Notes: a model not told the origin generated them from the sequence alone. Positions 34,921-49,000 are shown, counted from the first letter of the whole stretch. The stretch: 63,974 nucleotides of DNA, filler included, from Sluysia triapertura (GCA_046118255.1; 4 parts of 4 records of this genome joined end to end with filler, not necessarily neighbours in it), one strand, 5' to 3'. A program made the numbers and translations.

Positions 34921-36858
34921 TTAAGATATATTATTTTTATTTTTTTCTATCTCTTTTTTTATGTGCGAATTTTTATTAGCTTCGCTTCTAGTATTTTTAA
35001 AACTCCTTTTTAAAACATTAGCAAAAAAGAATGCTCCACCTTTAACACGCATCTTGTTTCCGAAAACTTTAAGCATAACTTTTCCTCTTCCTGAAAGAAT
35101 ATCTTTTAAAGAATTACTGTAGGTTCAGACAAAATAAGTTGATTCTAATGCTTTTTCAAAGGTCATTTCTTTTAAAACTGCAAATTTAGCTCCTAAATGC
35201 ATTTGAAAATTATATTTCTCATCAAGTGTAAAGCCAATTGTTTTATTAATATATTTAGGATAAGGCTCATAGTTTTCAACCATAAATACTAATATTTCTT
35301 TTGCATTTAAATGGTCAATTGCTGAATATTCATTACTTTTAATTTTTACATCTAGCGCCGATGTAACAAAACTTGTTGTTAGGAAAATACTATTTCCTCT
35401 TATTCCTGGGTATCCATCAATTGATGCTATTAAGGCATTTTTATAAATTGTTTCAAATGATCTTTTTTCTAAACTATAATTAACAGTTGCCGGAATGCCA
35501 TAAACATTACCTTTTTCTCTACCAATTTTATCGTTTATTAATTTTGATGTATAAACCTTGCAATATGTTATGTAAGTAGATAATAATGGGAACAAGGCAA
35601 TTATTCTTCCTTTAACGTATTTTTCTATTTCTTCTACTTTTTGGTTATTTATATTTTCTAAAACATCATATATTTTAATAACAAATGAGCCAGTTTTAAG
35701 TGGATTATCTGAATAGATGCTATTCATATTGTAGATATATAAGGGACTTTTTTTATAACCATATTGTGTTATTTTTTCAATGATTTTTTTTGTACCTTCT
35801 CAATTCATCCCATCATAAACTGTGTAGATAGGTTCATGAATATTAAAGATCCCTAAATTTTTACTTACACCTAAATGGATGATGATTTCTGAAATTGCTT
35901 TCTCTTGTTCATTAATGATTTTTTTATATTCCAATAATGATTTATCTTTGGAAGTAAATTTTTCTAGACTATCTTGAATTGAATTAGCAAAAATATATTT
36001 TGATCCTTTATATACAAAGTTTTTTAATTTATCATCATTTTTTTTATCACAATATATATTGGTTATATTATTCCCAGAATTTTTAACTTTAACCACTTCT
36101 TGGTTTAATTTTAATGTACCTTCTAATTGATGAATTTTATTTTCTAACGATTTTAACAAAGCATTAGTATAGTTTTTTACATAATGAAATCCACCAATTA
36201 AATAATGAGATAAGTTATATAGAAATGATTTTATTTCTAATTTATCATATGATAATCCGAAAAATGGTCAAAATATTTCAAAAAATCATAGTACAGAAAT
36301 ATCATTATGAAAATAATTCATTAAGAATTCTTCAACTGTTGGATATTTTTGAAATTCTGGAATATTGTATTTATAATCAACCCTAATTGATTTTAAAATG
36401 CCAAAAAAACTATCTATTTGTTGCGATACAAGCGGATGCTTTCTTTTTAATATTGATCCAATCATTTTTCAATCATTTGGAAAAATTATCCGATCTTTAT
36501 TATTTTGGAAAACTAACATCGTTTTAGATTTAAAATAATTAACATTTTCTAATTGAAGGCTATCTAATACACTATATGCAAATGAAGAAAGTGATAAATC
36601 AATAGGTACTCAATTATCAAAAATGTATGTTTGGTTATTAATGAATTCTGTTTGTGTATATAAATAACCTCCAACACTTTCATTTTTATCTATTAAGATT
36701 GTTGATTCTTTTCTAGTTAATAAAAATATTGTTGTTAGTAACCCTGAAAGACCACCACCAATAACTATGTTTTTAAAACTTCGCTTATCTGATTTTTTAA
36801 TTTTAGATTCTTTTTTTACTTTTCTTTTGTCCTGAACTTCTTCTATTTCATATATCAT
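34921..36858 (-). CDS. FAD-dependent oxidoreductase (phytoene desaturase-like) with a putative C-terminal SCP2 lipid-binding domain, 645 aa in code 4
   Basis: IVIGGGLSGL...IDKNESVGG Rossmann fold; HYLIGGFHY; GNVYG; three ORF pieces in one frame; C-terminal SFKDILSG...VFGNKMRVKG resembles SCP2. Confidence 0.7.
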
Positions 36859-36886
36859 GGATACCTCTTACTAATTTTTTAACTTA

Positions 36887-37387
36887 TTAACTATTAACAA
36901 TAGCAATATACTTCAACATTTTTGTTGTATCAAAATAAATTAATAAAAAACTAAAGAAAATCTGAATAATTATTAAAATTGTAAAAACTACAGCTGTTAA
37001 ATTATATTTTCATCCTAATGCATAACAAACAATAGTAACCAATAAAATTATCATAATTACAAAACCTATGAAGTAAATATTTTTTTTATTTTCTGCGCGA
37101 TGAGGATTGTTTTTACTTATTATTGAGTGTGTATAAATATAAATTACAAATGAGAATATTAAAAATATAATTGATAAAATAAAAAGTGTTAAAAATACTG
37201 ATTTTAAAGCTACTACATGACTTGGTGAACTAAAAACATAACTAAAAGTAGTGGCTGCTAACAAGAATGAAATGATTAAGGTTAATAAGAAACTATTAGC
37301 TACTCTTAATCTACAACAAAATTTTATTTTTTTTTGAGACTTATATTCGGGGGTTTCGGGAGCTTTATTTTTGATTTTATTTAGCAT
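36887..37387 (-). CDS. Hypothetical 4-TM membrane protein (166 aa in code 4)
   Basis: Reads through TGA at 37010 to TAA at 36887. Confidence 0.75.
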
Positions 37388-37415
37388 AAATATTTATATT
37401 GAATAACATTAAAAA

Positions 37416-37871
37416 TTATTTTAGATTTTTAATAAATGCTAAATTGTCTTGTGCATCTGAATTAAAATCACAATCTCTATTTTCTTTTATTATTGATTGA
37501 TTTTCACCAATTATAAAAGATGATCTGCAAATACCTGCAAAAGATTTGCCAAACATTTTTTTGTCAGTTGCAACATCGAAAGCTTTGCACATTTCCATTT
37601 GGGGATCTGCTAGTAGCAAGTGTTTATAGTTGTACTTATTGCAAAAATCTATTTTAGAATCTACATCATCTTTGGAAATACCAATAACAAAGGTATTTAA
37701 TTTCTCAAATTCTGGCAATAATTTAGTGTATTGTGTTCCTTGAATTGTACACCCTGGTGTTCTGTCTTTTGGATAAAAGTATACAACTATTTTTTTTCCT
37801 TTGTAATCTGATAATTTATGTGTTTTGTAATCTGAGCCTTTTAAGCTTATATCTAAGTATTTTTTGTCCAT
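37416..37871 (-). CDS. bcp: Peroxiredoxin, BCP/PrxQ family
   Basis: VVYFYPKDRTPGCT, VIGISKD, LLAD, RSSFII. Confidence 0.93.
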   Translation of the reverse strand: MDKKYLDISLKGSDYKTHKLSDYKGKKIVVYFYPKDRTPGCTIQGTQYTKLLPEFEKLNTFVIGISKDDVDSKIDFCNKYNYKHLLLADPQMEMCKAFDVATDKKMFGKSFAGICRSSFIIGENQSIIKENRDCDFNSDAQDNLAFIKNLK

Positions 37872-37954
37872 GAAATCTCCTTATATTAATAGTTTTTATT
37901 AATATATTTATATTTTAAATGTTTTATATTAATTCAATAAATAATAGTTAATAA

Positions 37955-38431
37955 TTATTTTAAGTTTAAATATAAATTACCAACTGAATATAAATAAATA
38001 AAATGTTTTTTTAATACTATTCTTATTTCCTCTATTGTTTGATCTTCTAATCTAGCCTTAACTAACTCATTTTCTATTAATAATGATTTTAATTTTTCAG
38101 TAGATACATACATTGTATATATATCATCAATTGTGTCACCTTTATAATGTTCTAATTTAACAACTTCTAGATATATTCCTTTATAATCCGAATGATATAT
38201 TTTTAGTTTTGGAGAGTCTTTTAGAAATGAATCATATGTCATTTCTATGAAATTTTCATCTTTTAAAACACATGGAAATCTAGATGGATATAAAGAAACT
38301 TTATAGATAATATTATCTTCAATGTGGTATTTAAAATTTATTAAAGTGTTATGTGAACATATTAATTTAGACATTTTTTCATCTAGATTTAGTTCTATTC
38401 TGCTTGGAAAGTATTCTTCTTTTATATCCAT
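37955..38431 (-). CDS. Hypothetical protein
   Basis: 158-aa ORF with AGAGG RBS, in operon orientation. Confidence 0.75.
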   Translation of the reverse strand: MDIKEEYFPSRIELNLDEKMSKLICSHNTLINFKYHIEDNIIYKVSLYPSRFPCVLKDENFIEMTYDSFLKDSPKLKIYHSDYKGIYLEVVKLEHYKGDTIDDIYTMYVSTEKLKSLLIENELVKARLEDQTIEEIRIVLKKHFIYLYSVGNLYLNLK

Positions 38432-38458
38432 GATTCCTCTTTATTTTTCCTCTTATAT

Positions 38459-39175
38459 TTATATTGTAATTAAATAATTCACAATTGTTAGTGCCGATAT
38501 AACAGCTGTTTCAACCTTTAAAATTGTTTTGCCTAAACTATATGTATTAAAACCGTTTGCAGCAAAAAAATTTATTTCATTTTCAGATAAACCGCCTTCT
38601 GGTCCAATAATAATTTCTATATCCTTATTCATATTCAAATTATCTCTTTTAAGAAGATTATTTTCTTTTTCGTAAAATACTATTTTATTACTATCTTTTT
38701 TAAAGATAACACTTTTAAAATCATAATAATAATTAATTTTTGGAACATAACTTCTTTCTGATTGTTCGACTGCTTCTTTAATTATCATATTTCATTTTTT
38801 TATCTTATTTTCTACATCATCTTTTTTAAAAGAAATTGCACTTCTTTCGGAGTGAACAATATTTATTTCATAAATATTTAATTCTGTTGCCTTTTGAATG
38901 ATAAAATTAAGATTATTATTTTTTATTAAACATAAATATAAAATTATTTTTACATCATTTTCTTTATTTACACATATCATATTCAAAATATTAACCACTA
39001 CTTTTGTTTTTGATATTTCCACTATTTCTGTTAAAAATTGTTGATTATCATGAATAACAATGATATTTTCATGTAATCTAAAACGCATTACATTTTTTAT
39101 ATGATTGATATTATTTGAATCTACAAATATAAATCTATTATTAATTGGTTTATCAAAGCAAACATATCTTTGCAT
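38459..39175 (-). CDS. rsmE: 16S rRNA m3U1498 methyltransferase, 238 aa in code 4
   Basis: HIKNVMR, QKATEL, K(W)NMIIKEAVEQSER, IGPEGG, LGKTILKVETA. Confidence 0.95.
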
Positions 39176-39177
39176 AA

Positions 39178-40152
39178 TTAGCCTTTAATTCTTTTAATGT
39201 TCTTTTCATTGAATTTCTTGATTTTTTCTACATTATCAATAAAATCATGGATTCTTTCATAATATTCTTCTTTATGGATAGCTATTGTTAATACATGTGG
39301 CGAATCATTTGTTAAATAACTATCGAATTGTAATGGTGTTTTTTTTAACTCTTCATACTCAGAGAAAGGGATCATCGAATCACATGTGGAAAAAATAATT
39401 AACATTGGTACAGAAATATTATCTAGGCATTCAACAATATTTAATTTTTTTAATGAAAATCTCTGATGAAACAATCACACTTTAGAAAAGAAAAAATGAA
39501 TATATTTAAAAGGTAATTTGGGAAAATTTTGATATGAATGAAATTTTAAAACATTATAAAAATTTATGAATGGACTATCAACTATTGCATATTTAATATT
39601 CTGTTCATTTTTATATTTAGCTAAATATTGTAATATTGTTGCAGCGCCCATGCTTTCCCCATGTAAAGAAATAGATGAAGGATTAAAAGTATTTTTTAAA
39701 TAATTAATGATGTCATATAAATCTTGTTTTTCATGATACCCAAATGAAACAAATCCATTATCTTTAGATTCTCCTCATCCTCTAGCATCAAATGAAACAA
39801 ATACATGATTTTTTTTATTTAAATATAATAAAGAATACTTTTTCCCTACTTTATGATTACATTTAATCCCATGATGGAATATTACAAAATTAGTATTATG
39901 AAAGTCATTCACATTGCCATAGAAAAATAACTTGATTTTGTAATTATTTTTAACAAAAATTTCATCCTCAAAATAATGATATTTAACAAATGTTTCCGAA
40001 TTATATTGTTTTAAAAATCTCTCTTCATTTAAATCAATATTTTCATATTCTTTTTGTTTTATAAGTGAAAAGTATAGTTGAACAATAGCCAACACAGATG
40101 TGGCTACAATAATTAAAAGAATAAAAAATATAATAATTGCTCATACTTTCAT
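39178..40152 (-). CDS. Membrane-anchored alpha/beta hydrolase, 324 aa in code 4
   Basis: N-terminal TM; HHG, FDARG(W)GES, nucleophile elbow HGESMGAA, late Asp and His. Confidence 0.88.
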
Positions 40153-40224
40153 ATATAAATTAAATCATAATAATCAATTTTTATTTCTAATTATAAATAT
40201 GAAATTAACAAATTTTATAAATAA

Positions 40225-40740
40225 TTATGATATTATTTGTAAACCCTTGGTAATTAATTTATTTAATAAAATTTTTGCCTGTTTTTCATCGATTGATTTA
40301 GTTAAGTTTAAGTTTAAATAACATTTATAGCCCAAATCCAAGGCATCATTTATTGAATGGTATACACAATAATCTAATGCTACTCCGCAAAATTCTATAT
40401 CTGTGATGTTATTTAAATTTAAATAATTTATTAAATCATTTTCTATTTCATGATTGTTATTATAAAAGCAACTATATGAATCAACATTTTTATTTATGCC
40501 TTTATCAATTATTTTATTAATTGATAATTCCTTAATTTCTTTTATTAACTCACATCCTTGTGTATTATTAACACAATGTTTTGGTCATATTTCAAAACTA
40601 ACATGATCTATAGGATGATAATCTCTAGTGGCAATAACTAAATTATTTTCTTTTTTATATTTAATAATTCTATTAACTATTTTATTAATTAATAGCTCGG
40701 CATCATTAATATATAATCCCCCACCAGGAATAATAAAATC
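40225..40740 (-). CDS. pncA: Nicotinamidase / isochorismatase family (5' truncated)
   Basis: DF..GGL, TRDYHPIDHVSF, (W)PKHCV, KG...DSYSCF, CGVALDYCV. Confidence 0.9.
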
Positions 40741-40840
40741 NNNNNNNNNNNNNNNNNNNNNNNNNNNNNNNNNNNNNNNNNNNNTTAATTAATTAANNNN
40801 NNNNNNNNNNNNNNNNNNNNNNNNNNNNNNNNNNNNNNNN
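40741..40840. other. Artificial contig-joining spacer
   Basis: Same 100-bp N/TTAATTAATTAA linker. Confidence 0.99.
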
Positions 40841-40912
40841 GGCCCACGGGCCGCTTGCGGCCCGCGGAGGCAAATCATGCGGCCCGTAAAGCAAAAAGGT
40901 TTGACACCACTG
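40841..40912 (+). mobile_element. Right end of a hAT-Charlie-like MITE
   Basis: GCGGCCCG motifs and terminal TTTGACACCACTG followed by CACTAGAA. Confidence 0.65.
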
Positions 40913-41622
40913 CACTAGAATGATATTTTGAACATTCTTCGAATGTTTAAGAATGTTTCATGTCCGAGTTTTCGTCCTTTTTTACAACTTTTTTTACGAT
41001 TAAACTGAAATAAATTAAGCGTAAATTTTATTTTACATTTAGCTAATATAATAAAATTAATCTTTGTTTGTATATTATGCATAAATATAACTTAAATATG
41101 TTTGTGTTTTTTCGCTCTAAATTTGCATTCAATTACTTTGATGAAGCATTTGATAAAAATATGTTTACTAAATGATAAACGTTTTAAAATTGGTCATATT
41201 TTTGTTCATTGACGATATTTATTTAGGTCATAACTTGATCTACATATTACTTCCTTATGCTTCAAGTGTTCCGGTCGATATAGTTTGTAAACATTCAGTT
41301 TACGGTACCAGAAAAATAGTACATTAAAAGTTAATCTTAAAAGGCTTGCCGATTTATTTGAATATTATAAATCCTTAATTAAATCATATAATTTGAATTT
41401 ATTAATAGTAAAATAATAATTTATTTTAATAAATCATTTAACTGTAATATTTCTTTTTCTGGGCCATGTTTATTCAAGAAAACTCTACATGATTTTTTTT
41501 GTTATTTTTGAAATTTGAACAATAACATAATTTAAAAAATCTTTGTACAACTTTCTGTGAATAAAATTTCATATAAAACTAAAACTATATAAAAATAATT
41601 ATTCATTTCAATATAACGCTAT

Positions 41623-41625
<3 letters not shown>

Positions 41626-41674
<49 letters not shown>
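41626..41674. repeat. (ATT)n microsatellite
   Basis: Direct inspection. Confidence 0.95.
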
Positions 41675-43214
41675 CATCTAGAAATTAAATAAAATTTATT
41701 TTCATAAATAAACAAAACACATAATCAATTATGAATTTACTAAATGATAATATATCGATTATTGTCTAGGTTATTGTTTATTGCAAGAAAACATATAATA
41801 AAGACAAAGACAATGAAAATTATGAAAAACCACAACAATCCCAGAATCAATTAATTGTAGCAAATATATGGGAAAATATGGAGGATTCAACAGAACTGTT
41901 ACAGGTAAATTTGATAAATAATATAATAAATAGTAATAATAATAATAATATTACATGTTTAATTTTAATATATTTAGCGCACATTTGATTTAATATTAAA
42001 ACAGTTATAACATGATATTTATTAAGCCATATGGGTAAATGTAAATGATTGACAATAAGTTTGATTAGGTGCAGAGTCAAAAGATGTAAGTTATTATATA
42101 GTTTACTATATAACAGTATCAGTTAAAACAATTAGAGAAATTTGTTTGAACGATTTTTTCTTGATATAATAAAAATTCAGAAAATGATCGGAAATAGAAC
42201 TATGGAATCTCATTGCGCAGTATATATTCAGTCCAGTTTTACATAGTCAATTATATCTCTTCTTTAATTCGCCCACACCTCAATGACCAATAAAAAATCA
42301 GCTCAGACTTTATAATATTTCCTTATTTAAATTTAAATTTTTAATTTTTAGGGCAATTTTCATTTGCACTATTCAAGTATCCAATTAAATTTATTGATTA
42401 CATTAAACAATTATAAATTAATTACAAGCTTCATTTATATGAATTTAAATTAGTTTTGAAATAATTTCGTCATATTTACCTTCTTACTCTCCATACAGAA
42501 TTATCAAAATTATTAAAAAATGAAAGGTCAAATAAGTTCTAAAATGTAAATATTTTGTGGTACTTTTTGAAATCAATTAATAATGGTGATTCTAATGAAC
42601 GGGATTGGCAGTTGAGACTGTTTATTGAACTACAATCCAGTTTAACAATAAAATAAAATTATAGAATATCTTTTAGTACACCATTTTGCAATCCAAAACT
42701 CTAATGTTAAATTTACATTAAACATAATTTACAATATAAAGATTTATTTTTGTTGTTTAAATTTTAATGTAGTATTAAAGCTATTTATGACACAAAACAC
42801 TTTTTAGTTTCAAATTATTATGGGTGATAATATTAAAAGTCAAAGCCTTTTAGAAAACATATCACACAGAAATAGAAAAAGAAAAGACAACTTAACTCTG
42901 CAAATGTTAGAAATATTAAATTAGCAATCAGGATTGAATTAGAAAAATAGACGTAAACAAAAAATACATTTAATGATGATTTATGTCAAAATATTATTAA
43001 TTGTGCTTCCAAAATGCCATATAATCATCAATAAATACTTATTTACTGAAATGTTTTAAATTAATGAATTTTTCATTTAATTAACGCTTGTTTAAATAAA
43101 AATGTAGCTTTTATCTTTATTTTTTGTGATGTTGAATTGTTCAAAATGAAATTATGCTATTGCAAAACTTATTAAAATATAAAAATTTAAATTAATTATT
43201 ATTAATTATTTTAG

Positions 43215-46034
43215 TTAACAAATCAAAAATGTTTTCATTGGTCAAACTATTTTTCAATCATTTCTTCAACCATAACAGATCAATTTAAAGTTCATCCAAT
43301 AACTGGTCATTTGTATTTATCCAATCCAATCGATGCAGATACTTTAACTACCAATCAAATCAATCTCACTGTAGTTTTGAGCTATTACAATTATCCATCT
43401 AATTTGATAAAATATCAAATTAAATTTATTATCAATGATTTAAATGATAATTCACCAAAATGTCAACTAATAAATAAACAAATCACAATTAATTATAATG
43501 AATTAACAAATAGTCATTCTTTAAGAAATTCATATTGTCCAGTTAAATGCTACGATCTTGATATCAATCAAATCAATTCAAAATTAAATTATAATTTGTA
43601 TTTACTACATCCAATTAAAAATGTTAAAATTAATCCATTTAATATTGATTTGTTAAATGGTTGTATTAAACTGAAAGATGATGTTAAACGAATAGATATA
43701 TTTAATGAAAATGAATTTGAAAAATTGTTTTACGTACTCATTATTGTCAATGATATGGGTTATTTTACAAGCAATAACATTAAATTAAAGGTTAAATTAT
43801 GAAATTGTGATTGTTAAATTAAAATTAAAAAACTAAACACTTATTCCGAGGTTTATCCTATTCTTACCAAATTTAAGAGTTTAAAAATATCTTGCTTTTA
43901 AATCATCATGAATTAGACATCTCAGAATCCAAAAGAAGAGCCCTTTTCTCTTGATACATTACTCTAAATTATCCTTTAAAAATGCTCTAAACATTGACCT
44001 TTATACGAATACATATTTATTAAATACTTAATTTATTTTTATATTTTAAATAATTTTTATCTATTCAGATTCAAATATTAATAATTGACAGTACACCATC
44101 AACTCCTCTATTAATTAGTTATCCCTTAATACAAGTTACTATTCCACTGAAATCCGGTATTCTTTTAAGTCATTTACTTGTTAAAAATGTGTCCAGTATA
44201 AAATTAACAGCAATTCAAGATGAAAACAAATATGATTCGCTAACAAAATATATTATTAAAAATTTACGATTTATACCACAATATCAAAACAATGATAATG
44301 GTTGGACAAAAGTACTTATTGTTACTAAAGAACCATTGGAAACACTTCAAACAATCAAAATTAACCAATCGGTGACTTTAAATTTAGAATTAAATTTGAT
44401 TGGGCAATCGGAGATATTGATTAAAAAGATTGTTATCATAAAATTGATACCGTCTAAAATTGAAATACCAAAATTTAAAATACCTAATGAAGTAAGTAAT
44501 ATTTGAAAGCTAGAATACATAATATCTTATTTAATATTTCATTTATTAACAATTGTGTAAGAATATGCTTTAAATTCAATATAAATTTTTTAAGAGCTGC
44601 ATTTATCTTGCAACTTCAATTATTTAAGAAAGTTAAGTTGCATTAAACATTTATCAATTATACTTGAATTATGAAATAAACTATATCTAATACTAAATGT
44701 TTTAATAATACATTAATTTATTACTATATATTAATTATAAAAATATTAACTATTATTATGTAACAAAGCATTGATAATATTTATTTATTTACATAGTGCT
44801 AATATGTACATCATTTTATATATTTTCAAAATATTAATTAGTTTATTTTCTTTTTAAATATCCCGTTATTTGACATTTTCTGGTAGTTGGTTGTATATTT
44901 TTGAATCACATCACTTATCTTAATTATCACCGTTGATTAATATTAATAATAATTTTTTTATTTGAAAAATTATTCGCGTCGATTAATGCAATATCATTTA
45001 TAACTTTTACGCATTTAAAAAAATTAAATTGTCAAGAAATATTACTGTAGTCGACTCTGAATCAACTCATCACAAATCAACACTTCTTACATAAACAAAT
45101 TATTAAACAAGTTACTTAATACATTCAAAACATAAACGTCGTAATAATAATTACAATTATTATTATCATAATTATTGTCATAACAATGCTGGGTTTTTTT
45201 GTTCCTCTTTTTGTATGAATGCATGTATGTATGTTTATTTTTATGTATATATTTTATTGTTACCCGTATTTTATCACTATTATTATTATTATGCTACTTC
45301 TACTTCTACTCGTTTTATTGTAATATTCAAAATTGTTTAATATAAATCATTTATTCATTAAAACATTTTAAAAACATCTTTGTATAAACGTCTAATCCTA
45401 ACTAAAATTTAAATTAATAGTTTAAATTATGAAGCAGAAATGATTTTAAATTGTACGAAATATTCCATCATAACTATTATTATTTATATTAATTATATTA
45501 TTATTATTATATTATTTCCATTAATATTATTTATATTATTATCAATTGGTAACTTAATAAAACGATCAGAATGATTAAAGATGAATTTAATAAAATTTGT
45601 TCTACATTGTTTTTCTTTAATAATTCTAACATTTCAATTGAACTGTCTCCTAGAAAGTCAATTATTCGAATATAATGGTTGCACCCTTTATCGATAATAT
45701 TACTTTATCAATTACTTCGAGACAAGATGTAAAATCAAATATTTTCATTGTTGCTTGTGCAGATGCTCCAATTATATATAATTATAGTATATTAGCTCAA
45801 ACAGAAACACTAAAATTTTTTCGGTTACTCGAATGTCTTATTGAAAATCGTATGAAATTATATCAAAGTTGAATCCTAATTTAGATCGTGAAAAAACTTT
45901 TGAGTTAGGTTGGATTAATCAAGGTAAAAATTCGTTACCAGATAATTTAAAGAATTTTACAGATGATTTATGTTTAATATACAAAATTGTCGTTAAATCT
46001 GATCTATCATCTATGCGTTATTTAACATCATTAG
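43215..46034 (+). CDS. Cadherin-repeat gene, internal exons (43215-43790, 44069-44491, 45654-~46034)
   Basis: FKVHPITGHLYL, DLNDNSP, YDLDINQIN, FNIDLLNGCI, LDRE; AG/GT boundaries give phase-0 joins; apparent frameshift near 45850. Confidence 0.75.
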
Positions 46035-49000
46035 GTAAATACAAAAGAAATCGTCTTAAATGATATTATTTTTGTTATATGTCAAAATATTGTCATTATT
46101 TCAACCTAATATAAAGTTCTACATTGTATTTCCTAAAAGAGCAATTAAATCAAATAATGACTTTGTTAGCTACGAATTGAAGTTAACGAGAAATATCATA
46201 AATAGAAATTGAAAAATCAAATTTTAGAATAAAATGTATATGATTAAATGCGTTATTCCTGAACAACAGTTTAAAGATGATTTAACTATTAAACATTGTC
46301 CGAAAAGTGATTCTGAACCGATCGAAAATAACGTTAGATCAACTATTATCTTATTAATTATATTTTAGTGTTTGGTTAATATAAAGTTCATTTTAAATTT
46401 AATTGTATTGTTAAAATTAAAAACCCAACAATAAAGTGATAAAGTTAACTTTGAGTTAATTGTTAGTTATTTTAAAGAAAAAATAATAACAATTTCTAAT
46501 AAGTTGAAACTTTTTAATTTTAAAGAGAAAATAAAACTTTAATAAAATCCTTAAAAGCAAGAGCAGTCCATAATTACTTATTTTTTGGGTTAACAAATGG
46601 ATTTAGTTTTATTTAATGTCTCTTTTTGAGTTTGAATAATTTCTCCTAAGATTTATGATTGGTTAAATTAGGTTTTATTAAATTTTATTCAATGCTTCTA
46701 TAATAAGTAATATATTTAATAAATATACATTACATTAACCATTTAATCACTGATCACATCAATAGCATTTTTACGTTACTTCCGCGACATCCTCGTAGCA
46801 TCAATAAGCGTTCTAATGAATTTACTTGCTTTAATAGTCGAATAACGTTTGTTGACGCTGCATTTATGTTGAATATGCGTTGTTTATTTGCGGAATCTCG
46901 TCATTTCATTCGTATTTCGAAGTTAGTCTTTATTGTCCGCTCTTTGATGATTCATACAGTGATGAAAAATAATGCTTAAGTGAAACAGAGTAGTGATCTT
47001 AGTGATACTAGCACTGACAATAATGATAAGCAGTTTTACTTGGCGAAATGTGGACATTTTTACAACGAATTTTTTTGCATTCTGCGAGTGTGATATTTCG
47101 AAATATACCTTTTTGCTTTTCATGAGAGTACTACAATATACAACAGAAAAGAGATTTTAAAAAATTCTAAAAACACAACGGATACAAATTATTTTTCATA
47201 TATATTTTAGAGTATATTTATCGTATAACTTATGATAATTATAAGTTATTTTGAATAATGAAAAATAAAGATTAAGCAATTGCACATCGTTTTGATATTG
47301 CCGTTAATTGGATTTAACTTTAATAAAATATAATATAAAAGTTTACTTATAAATTAATTATAAACTATTGTATAAATTATTGTACTAAATTAAAAATGAC
47401 TTATAAATTTGATTGAGAATTAAATTAAATTTATAGTACAAAATAATTATTATATAATTTATTATTATTGAATATAATAATTACAGTATAGTAAAATTGG
47501 AATCAATGAAATAAATATTAACTGTAGAATTTAATATTGGAATTATGGAAATAAATATTGTTGTAATTTATAATTACATTATATTATCAGGTTTGTATTG
47601 AAGATAACGAAGGTTTTCTCAAAATTAATATAAGTTTAATGGAAGTTTTTTTTGTAGATTTGTAACAATTTCTATTCCTAGATTTAATGAATTAAAACTT
47701 TGAATTATATTTAATTTAATTGTGAAGTCAAACACAGAAAGAGAATTTAACAATAAACTTATTGAATAAACTAATATAAAATTTAAAATAAAAAATATAA
47801 TTTAAAATCACCATTAAATTATGTGTAGTACTCTTACCTTTGTTAAACGTGATTTTTATATATAGTTTTGTGGTTATTAAAACTTTTCTTTTAACTAAGT
47901 CCAGAAATTTTAAATTAATTACACTTTCATCTCTTGCATTAGAGACTTTAATCTTCACATTAACTTTGATAATTATAAAGAATAGAATTTAAATAGTTTT
48001 ATAAAAAGTTAATCATAAATAACCAGGTAATAGTTAAAGTAAATTTAATTATAAAAGTTATAAAATATATAACAATTTAAGCTAAAATTTAATTGTTTAA
48101 AATAGATTAATTTCTGCACTTGCAGTTTTAATCCAAACAATGGCAAGACTTACTACAATTCTAAATTATATGCTCATTTTGTGTTTCTAATATTCTTACA
48201 AAATTCTGATGTTTATATACTATTTTTCTTGTTCACAATTATGGTCACTATATTCTTATAGTTTGTCGTATAACGTTTTCCTTATAATCAATTTTTCTTC
48301 AGCTCATCATTTTAGTGCCTAACAATTTTTAATTCTGCGATTATTAGTATGTACCGAATATACCGATATTTAAAACAATTTTCATTGAAAATTTTTGTAC
48401 TTGTAACTTTTTTAAAGATTAACCTTTAAAAATTATGCGTGCATTGCATATTATGTGGGTCCATTGGATCCATATATTGACAAAATGTAAACCACCACAT
48501 AGATAAACACATTGGTCTATTTTATAAAAAGTTAGAAAATTAAAACAATTTTCATAACATATTACTAGTGAAATTTACACTTGGATCCATTGGACCCGAC
48601 TGGTAGGCGGAAGATTAATAAAGAAAACATTTATCTAATTTCCTTACTTTTGTAATCGATTTAACAGTGACACATCACAATAAAAACTTTACGTCTAAAA
48701 CTTAGAAAACAATTTCATTCTAATAATTCACACTAAATTAACACTTTTTTGTATATATCTATTTCGACCAAAAATTATACCGCTAAATAAATTTAACAAT
48801 TATTATACGAAAAGTCAAAACATGAACTGAGAAAAAATGGTTAAACTTAGAAAATGATTTCACATTAAAATGTTAAAACATGTCTTTTGACACCTTTGGT
48901 AATGTTAAAAAATAAAGGATTCGGTTACTGTTCGAAGAAGATTTACTCAACCTTTTAGTAGCTTCTGGTGCATTTCTATTGAATTTATGTTAATATAATA

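Noticed and set aside
14314-40152. Widespread pseudogenisation suggested by fragmented ORFs
   Set aside because: The breaks are in-frame TGA codons at Trp positions, which indicates genetic code 4
16424-40321. Short plus-strand ORFs in the Mollicute contig (16424, 17009, 19250, 21886, 25330, 27429, 28830, 30502, 40100) and minus-strand 33454-33639
   Set aside because: Antisense or off-frame shadows of real minus-strand genes
13320-40840. Horizontal transfer of bacterial DNA into the animal genome
   Set aside because: Both junctions are artificial spacers, genes are cut at the contig ends, and the bacterial genes are intact in code 4; there is no evidence of physical linkage
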